Below the pieces are notes generated by a model. The model had not been told where the DNA came from, did no database searches, and was given only the letters and a program-made list of their open reading frames with translations. From Yuukianura sp. NJ FZ-2021 (Eukaryota): DNA of 64,000 nucleotides. The stretch lies in assembly GCA_046563655.1 (NCBI GenBank), contig CM102288.1, positions 5,642,001 through 5,706,000 on the forward strand, written 5' to 3'. This document shows positions 53,931-64,000 of this stretch, piece after piece. Each line of letters opens with the position of its first letter. Within the stretch, counting starts at the first letter, position 1. The position numbers were made by a program, and so were the translations under genes.

Positions 53931-54219
53931 TCTGAAAAAGGAAAAGTCGCTGCGAAACGAGCTATCTGCGTAACTGCTCTTAGGAAGGCTTTGAAAAATC
54001 TAAAAGCAAATCAAAGTTCACTAGAAACTGGAGATCCTTCAACAGAAATCACCGCTTCGCTTATTAAATTGCTAAAAAAAGTCGCTAATGTACAAATAAG
54101 CGACAACCAGAGAAACGTTATATCATAATCTTCAATAATTTTGCACCTTGTTATAAATAAAATTAATCTCTTGATTAATTAAGATTACGATTAAAGTAAT
54201 ATTCCATGTGTAAGGAATC
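53931..54219 (+). repeat. Duplicate of the rotatin 3' end and 3' UTR
   Basis: Colinear with about 53030-53320 (TCTGAAAAAGGAAAAGTCGCTGC...GACAACCAGAGAAA...TAATCTTCAATAATTTTGCA...AATAAA), with scattered substitutions. Confidence 0.92.
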
Positions 54220-54236
54220 ACATGGACTGAAAAGTG

Positions 54237-55014
54237 TCAAGGCTGAACATTTTTGGCCGCTTCCAGGAGTTCCGGCGGAATATTGTCGGATCCAAAGTTA
54301 ACCAAGGTGGGGTCGTAGGGAGTTCCCTTGAACGGAGATCCTTCAGCATCCCATGCCTTTTTCAAAATGGCTTCAACATCCTGTAACGAAACAGTATGTT
54401 GTACAAGTGTTTGAAGTTAGAGTTTACGTTAACCGACTCATCCAATAAGTACCAACCCGAGCATTTGATGAAAGTCCTTGCTTTTTCTGTTCGTCTTTCC
54501 ACATGAATTCTTGGACTTTCATCTGTTCCTCCTGTCCCAGTTCCTCCATGGGAATGGTTGCTTCAATTGATGCTGGATCGATAGGCTCTTCATTGTCGAG
54601 TAATGCTGTCCACCACCTAAGTTTGAAAATGGTTCAGTAATTGACTATACTTTGGAAACATGGGCAATATAAATGTCTTGGATAAGCTTAAGTTACCGTT
54701 CCTTGGCTTTTTGAATGAATATTGTGATTGACTCTCCAGGGACGAGATTCCAGTAACACTCGTCCTTGTCAACAGGAAATGTAAAGTTTCCAGAGACAAT
54801 AGGTTGCGCCGTTGCTGGTTGTGCGGATAATCTGACATTTAAGGAGTCAGATTTGATGATCACCTGGAGATCTCTTCCTTTTCGGATATCTTTGCCTACG
54901 GGAATGTTGACATCCAAGTCTTTAATCGTTTGAGTAATTCGTAGTTGAGCTTCCATTGTAGTTGTCAGAGCACTTCCCAGCTTTCGAAGCTCCACTTTTC
55001 AGTTCGTCTGTCAT
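54237..55014 (-). pseudogene. NUDCD3: NudC domain-containing protein 3-like (CS/p23 domain plus NudC C-terminus) with a frameshift
   Basis: SDNYNG....NY then TQTIKDLDV in a different frame; CS domain; WTALL..EEPID; LKKAWDAEGSPFKGTPYDP matches the NUDCD3 C-terminus. Confidence 0.75.
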
Positions 55015-55973
55015 TTTCAATTCCAATATTGTTTACATCAGTCATCAGTCTCTAAAATAGAAAGGAAGCCAAGATGTCAAAGGTTAGACTTATGATTAGC
55101 AATGTTTTGAATTAGCTAACAGCCTTCTGCTTTTCAAGTGTTTAATTAAGTGTAATCTAATTACGTTCAGATTATCCAATTACGGATTTAAATTGTTTCT
55201 TGATTTGTGAGGTCAGCTGTTGTTTGTTTATATTTACACCGAGTCAAGAATTTCGGGATGAAGTAAGGATTAAGGTACCTCATTGCATAGGCACTCATCG
55301 TTGCCAGTGGCGATTCTTAGTCGATACAATATGTAACCAGCACACGAGTGGCAACTTAGAGTGGTAACATAAGTTGCCACACATTGTCGCCACCCATTTG
55401 TAGCAGGAAAATGGAAACTCTAGCTAATGTGACGTTCGTTAGACCTTATCGTAACCAAAATTTCGTTGAAGGCGCAGACGTAGCGTTGCTTTGGTGCTTC
55501 GTGGCGCTTAATTTTAAAGTTCGCTAATAAAAGCCTGTTCTTTGTCTCTTTGTGTCTGTTTTTCTCAAATTTTCAACATGCCATTTTGGCATCGTTGCAT
55601 GTATGGGAAGCACAGCGCATGAGACAGCGGGAAATCATGAAATGATACGACCATCTTTGAATTTCGAAAAAAATTATTCGTATACGTATGTGTACCTATG
55701 TTAGTGTTGGGTATGTCGAAACTAACGCAAAACGCAAACAAGTCATTGTGGACTTTACTAATCTGGTTCCTGAAGGGCATCAATAGGGCGAAAGATTGGT
55801 GAGGTGACCACTGTTTTTTTTAGCTTCACGACAAATATTGAAACTGATAAAAATTTTAACGTTTCAAGTAGGTCATTGAACACAGAACTTATAAATAAGT
55901 GACACACAGCTTTTAATTTAAGTTGTTCCTGGTGAGAGTCAATTTCAGACTTCAGAAATTCAGTTTCAGAACG

Positions 55974-58020
55974 ATGTACCTGAAAGTTGGAGTTTTTGTT
56001 TTGTTAGCGATTACTTTTGCCCATGGAGTTCCAGTGTTCAGAAAATCTGGAATTTCAAATGCTGTTCAAAACGTTTTGACTCAAGGCGGTGAAGATCCAG
56101 ATCCAGTCATTCGTCAACAGCGTGACTTTGTCAAACTCGTAAGTGCAATTTTGAAATGTTGTACGAAGTGCAATTGAGTTCATATAGTGTATGCATATTT
56201 TTTTCCTTTTATCTTATATTCTTTTTTATCTTTTTATCTTATTATCTTGTTTTTTATCTTAGATGTTGAAAGACGCATGGGCTGACTACGTGCAATACGC
56301 CTGGGGTGAAAATGAACTGAAGCCTGTGTCCAAGACAGGTCAATCCGGAGGGATATTCGGTGACACCAAAATTGGAGCTACAATTGTGGACAGCTTGGAC
56401 TCTCTGTACATTGCAGAGTTGACGGAAGAGTACGCAGCGGCAAGGGAATGGGTCAATTCCAACCTAGACTTTGAAGGAATCGTAAGTTCCTGACAGCATA
56501 AAGGTCAAAGGTCAAGCAGAGGTCAAGTTGAGGTCAAAGGTTAACTTTTTGGATAACTTGGTTCCAGGATGCTGATGTGTCTGTGTTTGAAGTAAATATC
56601 CGGTTCGTCGGAGGACTGCTCAGTGCCTATGCTCTGACAGGTGACGCAATGTACAAGGACAAGGCTCTACAAATTGCAACCAAACTACTGCCAGCATTTG
56701 ACTCCCCGACTGGAATCCCGTATGGGTACATTAACCTCCTCACTGGGGTAAGGCCAAAGGTCAAAGGTCAATTTTGGCATGATAACTAACATGATGTGCT
56801 TTCGTAGGCACCGGTCAACCCAAATGAAAATTCGAATTTGGCGGAACTCGGAACGCTTCATTTGGAATTCCACTATTTGTCTGAGATCACAGGAAATCCG
56901 ATTTTCGGTGAAAAAGTTGACATTGTCCGACAAGTATTAGTCGAAGCAGACAAACCAAACGGATTGTACTGGAACTACATCAGTCCCATCACTGGACAAT
57001 TCACTAACGGTAAATTTCTAAAAAATTTCAAATTTAGCTTAAAGTTTCAAAATTTTGAAAATGCAAAGGAATCAAGAATTGACGTAAACGGGCAGATTTC
57101 CACTCGAATCTGACCCTACGAAATGCAACGTCGATTTACCAATTTTCCAACAATTTTCTTTTCATAAACCGCTTCTGAATTTGAGTTTTAAAAAATTCAT
57201 TTCGTTCTCCTTTTTTTTAATCTGTGTTCTAATTTGTTCAAAACTTTTCTAAACAGAATACGTCACTCTCGGAGGTGGAGGTGACTCTTTCTACGAGTAC
57301 TTGCTGAAGGCTTCTATCATGTTCAACGATGCGCAGGCGCGTGAGATGTACGACGCAGCCATGGACGCCTTCATAGCCAACGACCTTCTCCGAACTTCGC
57401 AACCAAGTCACTTGTTATTTGCTGCCGACAAAGTTGGAGACGAAATCCAGAACAAGATGGGTCATTTGGCCTGTTTTGCCGGTGGAATGTTCGCGCTCGG
57501 AGCCACCACGACTCCGGCGGGGCAAGTTGCCACCAATCCGGAACGGGATATTGAAATTGGCAAGAACTTGACCAATACTTGTCACGAATCGTACGTCCGA
57601 GCGGCATCTCAAGTCGGACCGGAACTGTTTCGGTTCAATGAAACTCTCGGACTGGAAGCGACCACAGACATTGCTGGAGAAAAGTGGTACGGCCTCAGAC
57701 CGGAAGTGATTGAAAGTTACTTCGTCCTGTACCGAATCACAGGAGAGGCAAAGTACCGTGACTGGGCATGGGCGGCGGCACAAGCGATTCAAGCAGCCAC
57801 CAAGGTGGAGCCGGGGCGGGGCTACTCTGGAATCAAAGATGTTTACGACACGACGGAGACACCACAATTTGATGACGTTCAGCAAACATTTTTCTTGGCG
57901 GAGACGCTGAAATATTTGTACTTGATTTTCAGCACGAACGATTTGGTCAGTTTAGACCAATGGGCGTTCAATACAGAATGCCACCCACTGCCAATCAGAG
58001 CAACGAATTCACTGTACTAA
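55974..58020 (+). CDS. Class I alpha-1,2-mannosidase (GH47)
   Basis: AWADYVQYAWGENELKP, GATIVDSLD, SVFEVNIRFVGGLLSAY, AELGTLHLEF, GDSFYEYLLK, HLACFAGG, LRPEVIES, QTFFLAETLKYLYL, FNTECHPLP; five exons. Confidence 0.95.
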
Positions 58021-58202
58021 ATTTTTCAAAAAAAGGACTTTGAAAGCGAAAAAAAAAATTCTTCGAACAACTTTTTCGTTAGCATCATGAATGGCTTTGT
58101 GATTTTTCATCAAAAAAAATTCGTCCCAGTTTCTAGTTTTGACGTAAAACTTTTTGTTTTGAAAATTAAAACTTGATTTTGATCAAGGAGACTACTACAG
58201 CA

Positions 58203-58342
58203 GGCATCATCATGTCATTTTTTAATTATCATCATCATCATTTTAATCATCATCGCATGCATCATCATCACATTTTAGGCATCATCGCATCATCATTCAT
58301 CAATCAGTTTTTAATCATCATCGCCTAACCTCCATCATCATC
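58203..58342. repeat. Degenerate (CAT)n microsatellite
   Basis: Interrupted CATCATCAT runs. Confidence 0.8.
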
Positions 58343-59071
58343 GGAATTTTCAAGCTAGTGAAAACGGATTTTAGAATTGAATCAGTTTGTTATAGCAACT
58401 AATTTAAAAAAAAAAGACAAGAGTGGAAATAAACAAACCAAGTTTGCAAATATTGGAGCATACAAAAAAAAAATTTTTTTTTAAAGTTGTTGGTCAAAAT
58501 TTATCAAAATTTTGAAAAATCAAAAGCACATTCAAAATGGTGATGCTTCCATTTTATGTAATTGACTCTCGAATCCGTTCTGGCTACTTTTTGAACAAAA
58601 GTTCTCCAAAACCTCCAAATTCATCATCCACTGAAAATTATCCAACCAATTGGAACTCATTACTCTCTTGTTCAATTTCCAAATTCACCACAGCCTGCAT
58701 CACTTCTCTTCAAGGTCAAGGTCAACAATCGCTAGAAACGAGCGCTTGCGTTCAAGATTCTCTGGAAGTTGCTACGAACAGGCCGTCTGAAGCGGAAAAT
58801 TTCAAAAATTGGAAACCGAACGGACACGCGGAATCTTCGCGCCAAAAATTCCGCCTCCAGCAATCTACTGTCAACTGGAACAAAGTCGGAATGGGAGCCA
58901 TTTTTGTATCGAAGTTTTGTTTTCGCTAAAGGCTAACCTCGTTTGATGCAAAATTCCAATTGGAAAATTTCAAGAGTAAAAGCAAAATCTGAAAATTGCA
59001 AAGCTTCATGAAGACTCGAGTCCAGTTTTTCAATATCAGTCAAAAAATATTACGTCCTTCAAAATTTCCAA

Positions 59072-59132
59072 TTCTTTTGATATAAATTGTATTCCTTTGA
59101 TATAAATTGTATTCTTTTGATATAGATTGTAT
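59072..59132. repeat. About 20-21-bp tandem repeat, three copies
   Basis: TTC(T/C)TTTGATATAAATTGTA repeated three times. Confidence 0.8.
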
Positions 59133-59182
59133 TTTATTGTGTTTTATAAATTTGTGAACAAAAAATTCCACTTAATATACAT

Positions 59183-59307
59183 TTTATAAACAAAAAGTTA
59201 AAGGGTCAATTTTGGGCATAGTGGCATTAGCCTCTTATTAGAGGTGTCAAAATTTCGGTTTTCCGACATACCCGTTTCTGTTGTGGTCCAAAATCATGTC
59301 AACTCCT
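59183..59307 (-). pseudogene. Degenerate copy of the GMC oxidoreductase 3' end
   Basis: CATAGTGGCATT..CTCTT...AGAGGTGT.AAAATTTCGGT...TCCAAAATCATGTCA.CTCC aligns with about 63590-63715. Confidence 0.75.
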
Positions 59308-59900
59308 TGGATTTTTATTGCTAACGGTTTTTGTGTCATTTTGGAGCTTTACATGCAAGTAAACATACAAATGACGGGATGATGGGAAATGAGATGGAGA
59401 TGGTAACGCTTATCACAATGTCAAATTCAACATCTTGACAACAGAACAGCAGACTCCTGCAGTTGCATGGAGTTACTTCAAGTGAAGTTTGGTATCGATG
59501 ACTCATTTGTTCTTTAAACTGCAGTAAATTTCAGAATAAGATTTCGTGTAGAAGGTTGGCAATGGCATGAACTCAACAGCACAAATTATAAAGCTGCTGT
59601 TTATTGTAGCATGTATAGCATATCCATAATCAGAGGAAAGATGGAAGCATAGTTTAACATTTTGTGTAAGTTTATTATTCCAATAATGATTACGTTTGCT
59701 TTACCACCAAACTTTGATTTCGGAAATATTGCTGACTTAACTAAATCTGCAGCCTCTTTTCTTTAGCTGTGTCCGGAACCTAGTGAAATCACAATCCGTT
59801 TCAGTTGAACCACTTCTGGCAGTTTTCTGAAAAAAACTTTTCAAGAAAAGTTTTTTAATACAAATTATTCAAAACACTCCAGAGATTTTGTGTTACTAAA

Positions 59901-62900
59901 ATGCCTAAGCATTTTCCGGAGGCATTTTCCAATGCCAAAACACTGTCAAATTCCGGAACAAGATCAACTTCAACACGGTGAGTAACTTCATCGTGTACTT
60001 TTTAGTTCAAATTTGTCGAATTGTTATCGTTGAATCTCTTAAGTTCGGATTTGGCTAAAAAATTACAATCGTGGGTTAATACTTTTGAGAAAAAAAAATT
60101 TTTTTTTGCTTTTTCCTAACGTGATGGTTTTTAGTGTGCTAAGGATTTGCCAGCGGAAACCCAGTCTTCCAACTGTTTTCAATTTTTTTCAAAATTTCAA
60201 AAAAAAATCTCAATTTTTTTTTTAGAATTTCTTTCAAACTTGAAAAAAAAATAGAGAAAAGTTGAAAATTGAGTCTCCGTTGGGAAATTCCTACTCAAGC
60301 AAACTATAAACCATCAATTTATGAAGAATTTTTTTTTTTTTTAAATTCCTAAACTCACTAGTAATTTTTTTCTGGATTTTTTTTTCAGTCCTGTCGTGTT
60401 CGTCCAAGATGACGAAATTCCAACCTGTTCAAGACGCTTACAAAGCATGCACTTATCTTCCAATTCACTAGCACCTCCAAAATGCACTGCCATCTACGTG
60501 AGCAACCTCCATCCTTCTGTGGCAGAACATAGTTTGAATTACATATTCCAGAAATTTGGCAACATCAAATCAAGTTGTATTGCTCGGGACAAAATTTCAA
60601 GAAAATCTCTTGGATACGGAATCGTCCATTTTGAAAATCCTTCATCAGTTGGCGAAGCCATTGAAAAGTGCAGCGGCTTGATATTCAAAGAGCAGCAAAT
60701 CAAAGTCCAAGAATACCAAACTCCTGAGGAGCGTGAAAAAGCCCGCCCTTTTACAAACTTATACGTCAAGAACTTCCTTGGCGCCTTTTTTCAAGATGAT
60801 GAATTGGTCGATCTGTTCCGTCCTTATGGAACAATCACCTCATCAAAACTTGAGCGCGATGAGAATGGCATTCTAAAAGGATTTGGATTTGTTTGCTTTC
60901 AAAATCCAGAAGATGCTTTGGATGCTTTGACAAATCTGGACGGTCGCCCACTTTCCAATGGTAAACGACTCTACGTGGCCAAACATTTGACTAAAGAAAA
61001 GCGCCAAGGGTCAAGCTTTTCATCGCCTCATGCTATGCACAATGGGTTGATTGTGCCAACTTACGCTCGTACGCCTAGGCATTCAAATTTAGCATTGGGA
61101 ACTACAGCTCCAGTCACACCCGTGACAATAGTGTCACACAACAACAATTCTAAACAGAACGCCAATACAACTGTTGCTCGGAGAGGAGTTGCCATGGCTT
61201 CAAGTTCTTCAAATTTCGCGCCTCACGCGCGTACCATGGCTACTACAGCCGCAACGTACCAGCGTGCCGCTGCTTCGGTTTCCACGAGTTCGCGCCGCTG
61301 GAGAAATAACATTTACGTCAAAAATCTTCGTGGATTCATCGATACCGACCGTGAACTTCTCCATGCCTTTAATCGGTTTGGCAAGATTCTGTCGTGCGTC
61401 GTGGTGAAAAACGAAGCCGGGATTTCGAAGGGCTTCGGATTCGTGTGTTTTGAAAATCCCCTCCACGCCCAAACTGCCATAAGAGTAATGCATTTGTCGC
61501 AATTATCAAATGGGAAATTGCTGTACTGTGGAGAGGCACAAAAGAAGGAAGAGCGGCAAGTGGAACTGAGGAACAAGTTTCGACTGGACGCTGTGGCTGC
61601 TTGTTCAAATCGAATTCAGCAAGGAGCAATACTGAGAGGGGGTGCTAGACTCGGAAATTTACGTAGAGATGCAAGTGATTTATGCAACATTTGCTACATG
61701 GAGAACAACCCGTCCGATTGTGTCATGTTTGACTGCTGTCATGTTAATTGCAAAAGTTGCTTAACTGATTGGTTTACGGTGTTAATTAATGAACGCCAAG
61801 TCAACTCTATCCTATGCTTGGGTGAGAACTGTGACATGGAAATCAGTCCTGCTTTGATCAAGACCCTGGTCGGTCCGGAGTTGTACAAAAGTTACGACAG
61901 GATTTTGCTGGAAAACTTTTTGGCGACTCAATCTGATATTGTAAGAAAACAAGAAAAGGAATGAAAAACTGAATGAAATGTTTTTCCATATGGGGGGAGA
62001 TCACCAGCAAAAATATCTGAAAAAATCTGCAACGAAAAAAAATTTCTAAGCCGACTATATTTTTTTTACAGCAATCGAAAAGTCGTTGCAGAAAAATGTC
62101 AACGTAGAAAAAAAAAGTAGGTATGCAAAGATAGTTGACGGAAATAAAATTAAGTTGTTGCAATTTTGTATTGCTGAAAAAAAAACGGGCTGAAATTTTA
62201 CTCCCTTGAATTTTAAGTCCGTCTCAAAATTATTTTCTTCGACTTTTGTTTAGAGTTGCTGTAATTTTGTATTAACTCAATTTTATTTCCGCCGACTTTT
62301 TTCTGTAAGTAATTCTTTGCTTCGTTCACTTTTTTTTTCCCGTAGACTTTTCAGTTGCTGTAAAGAAATGAAGTCGATGTAAAAAAAATTTGTTTCGTTG
62401 CAGACTGGTTTAAATATTTCTGCTGGTGGTCTCCTCCATATTTCAAACTTTTTTTTTGATGAAATATAGGCTTTGTTTACTCAAAAAGTATGTTTTTTTC
62501 TGTAGATGATTTCATTCATTTTAAGTATTTCTATGTTATAGGTCCATTGCCCTACGCCAGGTTGTGATGCTTTCATCGAACTAGACTTTTCGGAGCCAAC
62601 GCGTGGTCACTGTGACCTTTGTGACCTCACTTTTTGCACTAACTGCAACGATCCATACCATGGCAACGGTCCTTGTGACGAATTTGAAAATGAAACGGAA
62701 CGTCAAATAATCCTGACACAGTATGCCCAAGGGTCTTCCGCAACTAAGCAGAAGTTGGAACAGAGATATGGGAAGCAGAAATTAGAAAAAGGACTGGAAT
62801 CGAATCTGACAAAGACATTTTTGGCCACAAACTGCAAGAAATGCCCAAATTGCAAAGCAAATATTGAGGTAATAGCAACACAATTTAATGCTAACTTGCA

Positions 62901-63106
62901 AATTCTTAAAAAATTACGGGAAAAATTAACCAAAGAAATTTGTCGGTTTCCAGAAAAATGGCGGGTGCAATCATATGGAATGCTTCAAATGCAAGATTCA
63001 TTTTTGCTGGAAATGCCTCATGGTGTCAACCCGAGATGGCGTGTATGCTCACTTTCGAAACCCCCTTGCTGCTGGGACTAGTACTGCCTGCACTATGATG
63101 GCTTAA
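59901..63106 (+). CDS. Chimeric protein: three PABP-like RRMs plus an RNF14-like RBR (RING1-IBR-RING2) E3 ubiquitin ligase, about 702 aa
   Basis: Exons 59901-59977, 60389-61940, 62542-62868 and 62954-63106 join in frame. RRMs: [53 protein letters not shown]1 CNIC...[18 protein letters not shown]...[15 protein letters not shown]2 [30 protein letters not shown]. Confidence 0.9.
61988..62441. mobile_element. MITE with long imperfect TIRs in intron 2 of the RRM-RBR gene
   Basis: ATATGGGGGGAGATCACCAGCAAAAATAT...TCTGCAACGAAA pairs with TTTCGTTGCAGA...ATATTTCTGCTGGTGGTCTCCTCCATAT; TA at both flanks. Confidence 0.75.
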
Positions 63107-63615
63107 CTACGATATTCCACAGCGATGTTCACTTTTCCAACTAAGATTAATATTTATATATTAATATTATTAATACGTATTAACATATATTAATATCTGC
63201 TGCTCATATGATCAGCAAATGCATGCGAATCAAATCATACACTGATCTAACAACATTTTTTGTTGAAATACGTAAAACATGGACTACGCACGAAGTCCAA
63301 GTTTTTTGAGTAACACTTCAAAATATTTTGTGCTTCAAAATTTCAAATTTTTTGATGAGGATGAACAGCAGTTGGGTTGTAAATAAAATTTCCTAAGGTT
63401 TATTAACCTCGGATCCACTATAGTAGTTGATATTTGTGCTAAGAATTGAACCATTATTTATTACAAAGTGGTCCTTATCCAATGATTTTTCGGATTTTTA
63501 TGATAAAGTTACTGTAACAGCATCACTCTCGTAAAATATGAATTCAAAAAGCGTTCTTCTATTTGAAATGTTATGTTTAAATTATACTTAGAAACAAGAA
63601 ATTAACGGTAGATTT

Positions 63616-63984
63616 TTACACATAGTGGCATTGGGCTCTTAGAGGTGTGAAAATTTCGGTCTTCCTGCAAACCAGTTTGTGTTGTGCCCAGTGATCCAAA
63701 ATCATGTCAGCTCCTTTCTCTCCAATCATAATCGCTGGAGCATTTGTATTTCCGTTGACAATCACCGGCATGATGGAAGCATCTATCACTCGGAGTCCTT
63801 TCACCCCCAGCACTCTGAATTTTTCGAAATTTCCAAGTTCCAAATATTAAAAATCACAGATTTTCAGAGAAATCACATTTTTTAAAAATATTTGAAAAAT
63901 GGCCAAAGTTTACCTCAATTTCGAATCAACGACAGTCGACTTGTCACTTTCCTTCCCCATGGCACATGTACCTACTGGATGCCT
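63616..63984 (-). CDS. GMC oxidoreductase (glucose dehydrogenase-like), last two exons; gene continues right of the window
   Basis: HPVGTCAMG...VVDSKLR | [38 protein letters not shown]: the GMC C-terminal signature with the catalytic His and Asn. Confidence 0.95.
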
Positions 63985-64000
63985 ATGGAAAACCAAAAAT

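Noticed and set aside
57371..57910. Overlapping ORFs in the GH47 last exon
   Set aside because: Alternative-frame and antisense by-products of a GC-rich coding exon.
58537..58929. 130-aa plus-strand ORF
   Set aside because: No recognisable motif, domain or supporting splice structure; could be chance.

Overview
AT-rich, gene-dense eukaryotic DNA with many short GT-AG introns. The gene families (divergent IR and GR-like receptors, CSPs, DUF4803) point to an arthropod, most likely a springtail (Collembola); the taxonomy is inference. Left to right: the 5' end of a GH1 glycosidase with a fold-back element in its intron; a multi-exon BED zinc-finger gene; a broken IR-like gene; iodotyrosine deiodinase; an SPOP-like BTB gene; four tandem MpaB/Lcp (DUF2236)-like oxygenase genes; four GR-like 7TM genes plus a fragment; two SLC23 transporters; two CSPs; a DUF4803 gene; an N-terminally short rotatin with a duplicated tail; a frameshifted NudCD3; a GH47 mannosidase; a chimeric gene; and the 3' end of a GMC oxidoreductase. 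The strongest candidate for novelty is the chimeric gene at 59901-63106. It is an apparently intact four-exon gene (about 702 aa) in which three PABP-type RRMs are fused, within one exon, to an RNF14/ARA54-type RING1-IBR-RING2 ubiquitin ligase, with the RRMs standing where RNF14 has its RWD domain. All calls come from manual reading and motif recall; no database searches were run.
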